From assembly GCA_964385745.1 (NCBI GenBank), contig CAYLQB010000001.1, positions 1 through 33,874 of the forward strand: DNA of 33,874 bases, read 5' to 3'. Under the pieces are notes generated by a model. The model did no database searches. It was not told the DNA's origin and was given only the letters and a program-made list of their open reading frames with translations. The stretch comes from an uncultured Methanosarcinales archaeon (GTDB taxonomy: Archaea; Nanobdellota; Nanobdellia; Woesearchaeales; WAPY01). A program made the translations under genes and the position numbers. Shown here in pieces: positions 18,405-26,695 of the stretch (position 1 is the stretch's first letter; the number at the start of each line of letters is the position of its first letter).

Positions 18405-18911
18405 ATGGTTAATAGAAATACAAAAGCAGAGCAAAATAAGGAATCAAAGGAGAATAACAAATCAGATAAAAAGATAATAAGCCATGCAGAAAAAACAAAG
18501 GCAAAGAAAATATCAAGAAAACACACTGATAAAAAGAAGTATAGAAAATACAAGAAAAAACCAAGTGAACAGAGAGAGATTGCTCTGTCAAGAATAAAAA
18601 AACTCTTTAATCTGGCGGACAAAGTTGTTAATGAATATAAGGAAGGAGACCTTGACTTTGGAAAGAAATTAGCAAACAGATATGTTGAGATTGCCAGAAG
18701 GATATCAATGAAATACAAGGTCAGGATTCCTTCAGAGCTGAAGAGAAGATTCTGCAAAAAATGTCATTCTTTCTTGATTCCTGGATTAAATGTCAGAGTA
18801 AGAATTCAAGGAAATAAAGTTGTGTATACCTGCCTCGAATGCGGCAATATAATGAGATTCCCCTATGTCAGAGAGATAAAGAAAAAGAGAAAAAGAAGAA
18901 AGATAAAATAA
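18405..18911 (+). CDS. rnp4: RNase P protein component 4 (Rpp21/Rpr2 family)
   Basis: 168-aa ORF. Core is LANRYVEIARRISMKYKVRIPSELKRRFCKKCHSFLIPGLNVRVRIQGNKVVYTCLECGNIMRFPY, the Rpr2 zinc ribbon with C-x2-C...C-x2-C. Flanked by Lys-rich N- and C-terminal extensions. Confidence 0.8.
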   Translation: MVNRNTKAEQNKESKENNKSDKKIISHAEKTKAKKISRKHTDKKKYRKYKKKPSEQREIALSRIKKLFNLADKVVNEYKEGDLDFGKKLANRYVEIARRISMKYKVRIPSELKRRFCKKCHSFLIPGLNVRVRIQGNKVVYTCLECGNIMRFPYVREIKKKRKRRKIK

Positions 18912-18927
18912 AAACAAATTTCAATGT

Positions 18928-19200
18928 TTAGCCCATACAACAATATTTGCCTTTGCTATTTGGGTCAGTCCCTGTGTAAGGAACTGCAATACCACTCGGA
19001 CAGGCACTAGGACTATCTACTGGCAGTTTAGTAGTTCCAGGACAGTATGCTGTTATATTGTTTACACCTTTATGCCACCATATAAACTTTCCTGTAAACG
19101 CTGCCACTAAAACAACAAGAACCAGCAGGGCAATTATTACAATAATAATCACATTAACAGAAAGCTCAGCTCCCTTCTTATTCTCCCTGGATTTAATCAT
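18928..19200 (-). CDS. Small class III signal peptide (pilin-like) protein; candidate structural pilin
   Basis: 90-aa ORF. MIKSRENKKG-AELSVNVIIIVIIALLVLVVLVAAF is followed by a 55-aa domain with 4 Cys. AGGAGGTG lies 5 nt upstream of the ATG, and TTTATAAA lies 72 nt upstream. Confidence 0.55.
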   Translation of the reverse strand: MIKSRENKKGAELSVNVIIIVIIALLVLVVLVAAFTGKFIWWHKGVNNITAYCPGTTKLPVDSPSACPSGIAVPYTGTDPNSKGKYCCMG

Positions 19201-19272
19201 CTAAACACCTCCTTTATTTTGCTTGTTAATTAAACATTAACTTTCTTTCAGTACATTAACAATAAATTAACC

Positions 19273-19280
19273 TTTATAAA
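19273..19280 (-). promoter_or_regulatory. Candidate TATA box (TTTATAAA) upstream of the small pilin-like gene
   Basis: The same octamer as at the other candidate promoters sits in the 134-nt gap upstream of the 18928-19200 gene. It implies a ~50-nt leader containing the Shine-Dalgarno sequence (SD). Confidence 0.35.
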
Positions 19281-19334
19281 CTTTTTTATAATTTTGCAGT
19301 TTTCACTTCCTGCCATTACCCTTGCATAGGATAT

Positions 19335-19880
19335 TTAGTCAAGACATATCTTAAGAGTTATGAGAATGTTGTCCCCTGTGAATGTCTGAATCTTTGTTGG
19401 AAAGGTCTCGTAATTCTGTGATTTACACTCTTTATTTTTAGATGTGAAACTTAAATCATTAATCCTGTGAGCATCATCCTGACCATTTTTATATACTTCA
19501 AAAGTGTAATAATCTCCTTCCTCATCAAAATAAGTTAAGGATTTCTTTATGATAAATTTAACATATTCTAATGAATCTTCTCTGTTTGAAGGGTCATCCG
19601 GGTCCACACAGGATATCAATCTGCTTCCCTTATTATAGGAAAGAGCATCGTCAAGCAGGTCTTCAACAGAATATTTTGAACATTTAGTTGTTGTTCTTAG
19701 AAGTGCATCAACAAAACTCCCTGCTATCATATTCTTTTTTGCCGCAGTTTTGATATTTACAGGAGATTTATTCGAACCAAGACCTAGCTGAAGAAGTATC
19801 AAAAAAGCAAACACAAGCACTACCACAAAAATTGCCAATCCGAATACTTCCATCTGTGCCTTCTTACTGTTCAAATTCAT
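19335..19880 (-). CDS. Class III signal peptide (pilin-like) protein
   Basis: 181-aa ORF. MNLNSKKA-QMEVFGLAIFVVVLVFAFLILL. GAGGT lies 5 nt upstream, and the gene starts 18 nt after the stop of the preceding gene. Confidence 0.55.
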   Translation of the reverse strand: MNLNSKKAQMEVFGLAIFVVVLVFAFLILLQLGLGSNKSPVNIKTAAKKNMIAGSFVDALLRTTTKCSKYSVEDLLDDALSYNKGSRLISCVDPDDPSNREDSLEYVKFIIKKSLTYFDEEGDYYTFEVYKNGQDDAHRINDLSFTSKNKECKSQNYETFPTKIQTFTGDNILITLKICLD

Positions 19881-19898
19881 CTTTAACCTCTATTATAA

Positions 19899-20393
19899 TT
19901 AACTGTATACTTTAAGTGTTAGTATAGCCAGAGAGTATGAATCAGACGAGACATTATAAATATTGACAGCTATATTCGAAGCATAAGCACTTTTATAATT
20001 TTTAGGAGTATTATTAAACACAGTAATCTCATTATCATCCGGGTATATATCTCTAATTGTTATTAAAGAGTTTCCGAATTTTGAAGTGTAAAATAAATGA
20101 GCATCAGATTCTTTCATTAAATCATGGAAGGCCAGTAGTTTATAATAATCAAAGCAGTTCTTTGTTGAATAATCATTACACCTTAACTCTGGGAGTGAGA
20201 CAATCTGGGATATTCCAATCATCCTCAAAGTTTTAACACTTTGAAACTGCTCGTTAAGAGCTGCCTCCTGTGACTTTATATAAAAACTGTAACCAAAGAG
20301 CATCATAAAAGAGAAAACAATCAAAACTACCATTATCTCCATTATCCTTATTTGAGCCGTCTTATTTAACTTGAGACCTCTTCTCAATAACAT
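19899..20393 (-). CDS. Class III signal peptide (pilin-like) protein
   Basis: 164-aa ORF. MLLRRGLKLNKTA-QIRIMEIMVVLIVFSFMMLFG. AAGGAGGT lies 6 nt upstream. Confidence 0.55.
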   Translation of the reverse strand: MLLRRGLKLNKTAQIRIMEIMVVLIVFSFMMLFGYSFYIKSQEAALNEQFQSVKTLRMIGISQIVSLPELRCNDYSTKNCFDYYKLLAFHDLMKESDAHLFYTSKFGNSLITIRDIYPDDNEITVFNNTPKNYKSAYASNIAVNIYNVSSDSYSLAILTLKVYS

Positions 20394-20458
20394 AATACAA
20401 CCTCCTTGATTATACCTAACGGATTTTTGACAAATTCTCAGTAAATTTTATCTATTTA

Positions 20459-21535
20459 TTAATACATTTCAGGACAGGAATTATAGATTAACCCCTCATT
20501 AAAGGAGTTTATCTTATTAAGCTCATCATATAAATCTTTTATTTCATTTAGTTTAATATCCTCAATTCTTTCTGCTCTTATATTATTAACTGAAACATCT
20601 GTATCTTTCAGGAGAGGTAAAGCCCGCTCCAGCCCTGTTAAACAATCAGGGCTTAATTCTGAGTCAGTCACTAACTTAGAGTATCTCAAATAATAGATTT
20701 TGATAGAATAATGAAGTTTCTTGAGCAAATTATTAAAATTACAATCATATATCTCTTTATCAGATACTGAAGCAGCTGTTAAAGTTGAGAGTCCAATATA
20801 AAAAGAAACTCCCTCCCTTTCTACTTTTTCACCATATCCTAGAATAGTGTAATAAGTCAGATTTCCAATATTATTATATTTGGACCCTGACTGGCTGGAA
20901 TATGGCTTAACATAAATGAGGGTAACATCTTTATTTGTAACAGATTCTAAGTCATATGCGGTTGGCTTAACGAAACTGATTATCCTCACTTTACTCTTAT
21001 ATCTATTCGCTGTTGATATTGCGTTTTTTAAGCCATTACTTGAACCATCAAATTGCTCAACATTAAGCCCAACAGGAAGATCTGATTTTATATCTTCAAT
21101 CAAATCCTGACTAACTTTATTAGTATTGTTAATAAATATAAATTTTGTTTCTGGTTCAACGAGCATAATCAAGTTCGTAACATAGAAAGGAACTTCAAAT
21201 TTTTTTGTGAACAAAAAAAGCTGTCCGAGTTGAGGATTCAATTCTTTATTCGAGAATATATTCATATTTAAGGAGGAACCCCCAAAAATCTTAATTCCTC
21301 TGCAAGAATTTTCTATCTTAGCACCTGCTGTTTTTATAGTAACCTCTGTCTCATCACCAGAAGAAAAACTCTGAATAGTAGTCCTAATCCTTGAACCCAC
21401 CTCAAGGTTGAGCTTTGCCTCTGAGATTGCCTTATGAAACATTGCAATCCTCAAAAACATCATCAATATTAGAACTCCAACGATAATAACAAAAATCCAA
21501 GCTATCTGACTGGCCACAACACCTCTTTTCGCCAA
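20459..21535 (-). CDS. Pilin-like N-terminus fused to a ~320-aa extracellular domain, function unknown
   Basis: 358-aa ORF. MAKRGVVAS-QIAWIFVIIVGVLILMMFL. The TTG start is supported by GGAGGTGGTG 2 nt upstream. Confidence 0.5.
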   Translation of the reverse strand: MAKRGVVASQIAWIFVIIVGVLILMMFLRIAMFHKAISEAKLNLEVGSRIRTTIQSFSSGDETEVTIKTAGAKIENSCRGIKIFGGSSLNMNIFSNKELNPQLGQLFLFTKKFEVPFYVTNLIMLVEPETKFIFINNTNKVSQDLIEDIKSDLPVGLNVEQFDGSSNGLKNAISTANRYKSKVRIISFVKPTAYDLESVTNKDVTLIYVKPYSSQSGSKYNNIGNLTYYTILGYGEKVEREGVSFYIGLSTLTAASVSDKEIYDCNFNNLLKKLHYSIKIYYLRYSKLVTDSELSPDCLTGLERALPLLKDTDVSVNNIRAERIEDIKLNEIKDLYDELNKINSFNEGLIYNSCPEMY

Positions 21536-21567
21536 AACACCACCTCCAGAAATGCGTTATCTTAACT

Positions 21568-24500
21568 TCATTTCCCTTTCTTGCGTGAGCTCCCCTTGGT
21601 TCGGCGGTTCTTACTTTTACTTTTCTGCTCGGCTAAATCTTTAAGTTTCTTGTAAACATCTTCTCCTTTCGTTTTTTTGGACAACCTGTTAAGTTCTCTA
21701 CCTACATCTTTCCCCTTAATTCTATTCCCAAGTTTATCCAACCTTTCCCAAACATCACTCTGATTTATACTTTTCTTCTCTTTAGGAAGCTCTATTTCTA
21801 TAATCTCCTGCTCATTGGGTTGTTTGTTACTTACAGAATTTGCCGCTTCAGGAGGACGATTAACACTCTTTTTCTTGTTAGTTTTAATATTCTTACTCTG
21901 GTCTGTCTTTTTAGACGTCTTAAACGCATCCATTAATTTTCTTCTCTCCTCTTCTATCCTGGCCCTTCTTCTTATTAAAGCCAGTTCATCAGGTGTCAGG
22001 GGAGTTGCCTGCTTATACTGCCCGCTTGTATATTCTGAAGTAGGTTGGGAGCCCTGTGTCTTACCTGTGTAAGAAGTTTGTTTCGGAGTTGAATAACCTC
22101 TTAAGCTAACTGTATGAGTACTTTCCTTCTGTGGCTTTTTATGAGTTTTATTCTTACTTAATTGTGTATAAGCAAAGAATCCAACAACCCCTAATATGAT
22201 AATTAATATAAGTATCCATAAGAACATTTTAGAATGACCCTCTGGATGACTATCTGGATCATTCGGGTCGGTCCCGGCATTATACTCCTGACCGTCACTA
22301 AAACCATCCCCATCTGAATCAGCAACATGAGGGTCAGTATTCAATCTGTATTCTTCTATATTAGTCAGACCATCTTTGTCAGGATCCTCATTTGCATCAC
22401 TTGGATCATTGGGGTTGAGGCCATGGTTAATTTCCCAAGTATCAGGCATACCATCATTATCACTATCTTCTACTTTCGGAGAAGGTGTTTCATTCTTTTG
22501 ATTATCTGAGCAACCATCAACATCAACTTCTGCACCCCTCTCTGTTCCCGGACATAAGTCATCTTCATTTGGGACACCATCACAATCAGAATCAATAGAT
22601 TCATCACAGGTTTTAACTTCTTTTTTACAAACGCCATTATCACAGTTGTTGCTCTTACAATCTAAATTATTATTACATTGCTCTCCAATACTGCAGGGAC
22701 CGCATAAAGAACCACCACAATCAATATCTGTCTCATCATTATCAAGTTTACCATCATTACAGTGATTTGTTTCGTTCTTTTTATTAGAAAGAAAATCGCA
22801 CTCATTGGTTTCATTGCAATAACCACCTGATAAACAATCAGAGTCCTGCTCACAATGCAAGCCGTAACCTAAATTACATCTTTTAGCGCATATATTACCA
22901 CCACAATCAACATCTGTTTCATTATTATCTGGATTCCACACATGATTAAAACATGGACTTTCAAGTATTACTGCACTCTTGTTCATAAAAACACCATTAC
23001 TCCGTACAGGAGCAGACAAAATATTTCTGCCATAATTATCCTTTGCGTTACTAGTTACCCAGACCTTAAAATAATATGTTTTATTATATTCTAAATTAAG
23101 ATTATGAGCAGTAATCCAATCCTGAGTCCAGGGAATCTTCCTTAAAGTAATAATCTGTTCACCATCCTCCTCATCACTAGCTTCAGGTGGTTTCCCTTCA
23201 TAAACCACATACCTGATTTCTTTAAGTCCTGACTCCTTATCATTAGCGTACACTTTAAACCTTAACTTATTAAGGTCTGCTGACTGTTCAGGATTCTCAT
23301 ATCTAGTAGAATCATTTACATAATAAATAACCGGCTTTGAAGAATCAACGATAAAGGAGAAAAGTTTAACAACTGGATTAGAGACACCATAGAATTCACA
23401 GGCAGTTAAAAATTGAAAATTACCTGCATGCAAAACTCTTACTCCTTCACTGAAGAGAGTGTTATCTGGTTCGTCTTCGCTATTCATCTTCCTCCAAAGA
23501 TTGGATTCGCCATTACCTAATGCAATCATATTACTAAATTGGGTTGGGGTAATAGAATAAGGATCAGCAGCAGTGTTATTAGAATAAAAGCAAGCAGCAA
23601 CATTTCTGTTTGTTTTGACCTTTATCATAACATGAGTCCCATAAGTCGAAGTGTTTGATAACCATATTGGAACTTTGGGTTCAATCAAGGTTACGGTTGG
23701 GATAGCATTGGTGTCTGTTGAGAAGTGAATCCTAACTGGATCTGAGAGGTCGTCGGAGTGACTCTTGCACTGCACAACATAATTATAATCTGTTTTGTCA
23801 TTTAGGTTATTAAAAGTATAATAATGCGCTGTTGAATAAGTATCATCATTGTCTTCATTTTCTGTACTAAAATGCGACCCTTCAGAATAACTAAGATAAT
23901 CATTCATATAATCAAAAAAGTTGTTGGGCTCAACAGTATACCCCTCAAGTGTATTCTCATCCTCAAGTTTACAGACAGCTTCCAGAGAGGTCTTCAAATA
24001 TAATTTCGTACTTAACTCTTCATTATGGTAATAAGAAACAACTGATGGTTCCACTTTATAGGATGTTATTTTTGGGATTCCTGATAGCTTAAAAGTAAGC
24101 TTTTTATCATATTCCCCACCTGAATTGTCTGTACATTTAATATAGAATACGCTTCCTGTTTTAATATTCGCCAGATGCTTAAAAAAGTGTACTTTACCAC
24201 TCTCATCTGTTTCATTAGATTCAAAGAAAGAACCATGATTGTTAGGATTAAAAGCATAATTCTGAGAGTACTTACAAGTGTCCAGGTTAGTTATGTTCGC
24301 AAGTATCTCCAAATCAAATTCGCCTGATGTTGGAAAGACATTGCCTTGACTATCCGCTAAAGGATGTAAAACAATAATACTGCTTGGTGGAAGAATCTTA
24401 ACAGACAGAGTTTCATTACTTTGAACTCCTTTATAGTAAGCAGTTATGTTTGACTCTCCAGTCATTGAAGTTGTGCTGAATGGCTTAAATCTATCATCTG

Positions 24501-26658
24501 GATAAATAATAGGAGAAGGCCTGACGCATTCATAATCAAGATCAAATAATGAAATGTTAGTGAAATTGAAAGATATACCATTTTCACAGGTGATATAATC
24601 AGAGTTATCATCAGAAACTCCAAGGTAATATTCAGTATTTGGGTTTAGAGTGTAATAAAATACATTCGAAAGATAAGAGTACCCATCTGACCATAAAGGA
24701 TAATAATATCCATCATCTTTATAAAACAAGCTTAAATGTATCTCTGATGATGTTAAAGAAGTGTTGATTGTAACACCATCACTCTCTTTGTAATCAGACC
24801 AGAGACCTGCACCATTTTGAACCCTTACCCTGAAGTAATAAGTTGAACCATTCGTTAGGACAACTCCATAATAATTACCTGGTATAAACTGAGCTTCATA
24901 GTTAATAACACCCCCATTACTTTTATTTTCATTATCAATGGTGGCATAATTAACATTTGCTATGAGGGTATCATAGTCAGGACCTTTCTTATAAACCTTA
25001 TACTCATAACCAGATACCCCGGATTGCTCATCCTTCGCGCTGAAACTGAAATCAAGTTGCTTAGGTGTGTTAGTCACATCAGGATTAGATGAGTCAGCAA
25101 CACTATCATCTAACATAGTAATCTCAGGGGGACTTGAATCAACTATGAAATTAACAGAGTCATCAGAACAATCTGCTCCTACACAACATTCAACATAAAT
25201 ATGATGTTCACCATCGCTCAAAGTTTTAGTTTCAGCATAGTGCTCGTAGGGATTATTAGGATTTAATGGCAGAGGAATTTGTTGTGTCTCATTATCAAGA
25301 TAGTAATCACATGTTGCCTGTTTCGTTGTAGTAACATCAAGGTTTGCATTTTCTCCTGCAAAACCATTATTTGCCGGACTTACGATGAATACCTGGAAGG
25401 GTAAGTTCGGATTTACACTTACAGAAACAGAACTTTTCGCTTCAACACCCAAGTAATTTTTACAGATGATATTAAAATCAAAATCAGCATTATCTTCTTT
25501 TGTCTCAAAAATAAAAAAGTGTTCTTTAGAGTATGTACTAGCATCAGAAACATTCTCCTTCGTAAGGTTGTTATAATCAAAAAAGTAATTTTGCATATTA
25601 TCAAAATTAGAAATTTCATCATTGTCTATTTTGCAAACCATATCCTCACTTGTATTGACAAGTATTAAACTTGAGTAATAACCTGAAGGATTACTTTCCG
25701 TTATAATCTGGGGATTCGCAGAAATATAAGTGATTTGTGGAAAAGCATTATCTAAGATAAAAGTGTAATTCTTATAGATAAAATCTCCTCCGGTATCATG
25801 TTGACATTTAACGTAAAAAGTTTTACCGTTAATATAATCCATACTTCCACTTATTTCAAAATCAGAAAAATTAAATTGAGTATTAGTGCTGTCCGATGAC
25901 TGAAAATCCTCCCATGAAACAGACGGGTTCCTCCTCCATTTACATGATGCTGGTGATGATGTGATAACAGATATATTGACAATATTTGAATTGACATGAA
26001 TTTTGTTGTCAGAGTCAGCCATTGGGAGAATTTTAATTATGAAAGGTAGGGGCTCAACAGTCACAGTTTTTGAATCTGATTCTCCAAAATATGTTGCAGT
26101 TATCGTTGCTGACCCCACGCCTGTTGCTGTTATTGTTGATCTGGACAGGTCAATGTTAATCTTATTTGAAGATGAAGTATCAACATTAAGGTTTGAACTG
26201 TGGGTCACATCCTCTCTTGTATTACCATCAAAATAAGCATAAACTTTAAAGAATCCGCTCTGACCTAAAGTAAGAGAATCAACGGTTTCAATACTTAAGC
26301 GAGTAGGTTTTCTCATCGATAAATTAATAGTGAAAAGTGTATATCTCTCTCCATAATTACCAAACAGGTCCATATACTCAATGCTAAAATTATAAGTATG
26401 CTTATCAACTAAAGAAGTATACGGTTGATAAGTAAAGGAGGTATTATCATCTGACTGCGAAATCAGATTAAGAGCCACCTGGTTGGAATTGCTAGTGTCA
26501 AGAAGAGACGCATCCAAGACCGTGACTGAATCGGTGAAATTAGCAATTATGGATGGTGTTTGAGTGGTTACCACTACAGTGGCGCAGACAGTTTTTAACT
26601 GAAATAAAAGCAGGAATAACAATATCAAAAAGAAAATTTCCTTATTGTTCTTCAACAT
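21568..26658 (-). CDS. Giant type I membrane surface protein (1696 aa) with Sec signal, Ig-like repeats, Cys-knot modules, TSP3-like Ca-binding repeats, one TM helix and a basic cytoplasmic tail
   Basis: Features in order:
- Signal peptide MLKNNKEIFFLILLFLLLFQLKTVCA.
- Big_2-like ITATGVGSATITATY.
- Two homologous ~550-600-aa supermodules.
- Two ETD[VI]DCGG Cys modules (22609-22959).
- D-x-D-x-DG repeats such as DSDCDGVPNEDDLCP and DSDGDGFSDGQEY (22228-22608).
- TM helix MFLWILILIIILGVVGFFAY (22168-22227).
- A 199-aa K/S/T/Q-rich tail.
GGAGGT lies 6 nt upstream of the ATG. Confidence 0.85.
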   Translation of the reverse strand: MLKNNKEIFFLILLFLLLFQLKTVCATVVVTTQTPSIIANFTDSVTVLDASLLDTSNSNQVALNLISQSDDNTSFTYQPYTSLVDKHTYNFSIEYMDLFGNYGERYTLFTINLSMRKPTRLSIETVDSLTLGQSGFFKVYAYFDGNTREDVTHSSNLNVDTSSSNKINIDLSRSTITATGVGSATITATYFGESDSKTVTVEPLPFIIKILPMADSDNKIHVNSNIVNISVITSSPASCKWRRNPSVSWEDFQSSDSTNTQFNFSDFEISGSMDYINGKTFYVKCQHDTGGDFIYKNYTFILDNAFPQITYISANPQIITESNPSGYYSSLILVNTSEDMVCKIDNDEISNFDNMQNYFFDYNNLTKENVSDASTYSKEHFFIFETKEDNADFDFNIICKNYLGVEAKSSVSVSVNPNLPFQVFIVSPANNGFAGENANLDVTTTKQATCDYYLDNETQQIPLPLNPNNPYEHYAETKTLSDGEHHIYVECCVGADCSDDSVNFIVDSSPPEITMLDDSVADSSNPDVTNTPKQLDFSFSAKDEQSGVSGYEYKVYKKGPDYDTLIANVNYATIDNENKSNGGVINYEAQFIPGNYYGVVLTNGSTYYFRVRVQNGAGLWSDYKESDGVTINTSLTSSEIHLSLFYKDDGYYYPLWSDGYSYLSNVFYYTLNPNTEYYLGVSDDNSDYITCENGISFNFTNISLFDLDYECVRPSPIIYPDDRFKPFSTTSMTGESNITAYYKGVQSNETLSVKILPPSSIIVLHPLADSQGNVFPTSGEFDLEILANITNLDTCKYSQNYAFNPNNHGSFFESNETDESGKVHFFKHLANIKTGSVFYIKCTDNSGGEYDKKLTFKLSGIPKITSYKVEPSVVSYYHNEELSTKLYLKTSLEAVCKLEDENTLEGYTVEPNNFFDYMNDYLSYSEGSHFSTENEDNDDTYSTAHYYTFNNLNDKTDYNYVVQCKSHSDDLSDPVRIHFSTDTNAIPTVTLIEPKVPIWLSNTSTYGTHVMIKVKTNRNVAACFYSNNTAADPYSITPTQFSNMIALGNGESNLWRKMNSEDEPDNTLFSEGVRVLHAGNFQFLTACEFYGVSNPVVKLFSFIVDSSKPVIYYVNDSTRYENPEQSADLNKLRFKVYANDKESGLKEIRYVVYEGKPPEASDEEDGEQIITLRKIPWTQDWITAHNLNLEYNKTYYFKVWVTSNAKDNYGRNILSAPVRSNGVFMNKSAVILESPCFNHVWNPDNNETDVDCGGNICAKRCNLGYGLHCEQDSDCLSGGYCNETNECDFLSNKKNETNHCNDGKLDNDETDIDCGGSLCGPCSIGEQCNNNLDCKSNNCDNGVCKKEVKTCDESIDSDCDGVPNEDDLCPGTERGAEVDVDGCSDNQKNETPSPKVEDSDNDGMPDTWEINHGLNPNDPSDANEDPDKDGLTNIEEYRLNTDPHVADSDGDGFSDGQEYNAGTDPNDPDSHPEGHSKMFLWILILIIILGVVGFFAYTQLSKNKTHKKPQKESTHTVSLRGYSTPKQTSYTGKTQGSQPTSEYTSGQYKQATPLTPDELALIRRRARIEEERRKLMDAFKTSKKTDQSKNIKTNKKKSVNRPPEAANSVSNKQPNEQEIIEIELPKEKKSINQSDVWERLDKLGNRIKGKDVGRELNRLSKKTKGEDVYKKLKDLAEQKSKSKNRRTKGSSRKKGK

Positions 26659-26695
26659 ATTATGACCTCCATAAAAATCATTCTTACTTTTAAGT

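Noticed and set aside
18405-18575. Lys-rich ~55-aa N-terminal extension of Rpp21 as a novel domain
   Set aside because: It is low-complexity basic sequence that is common in AT-rich genomes. It may simply be an RNA-binding tail, and nothing beyond composition supports a claim.
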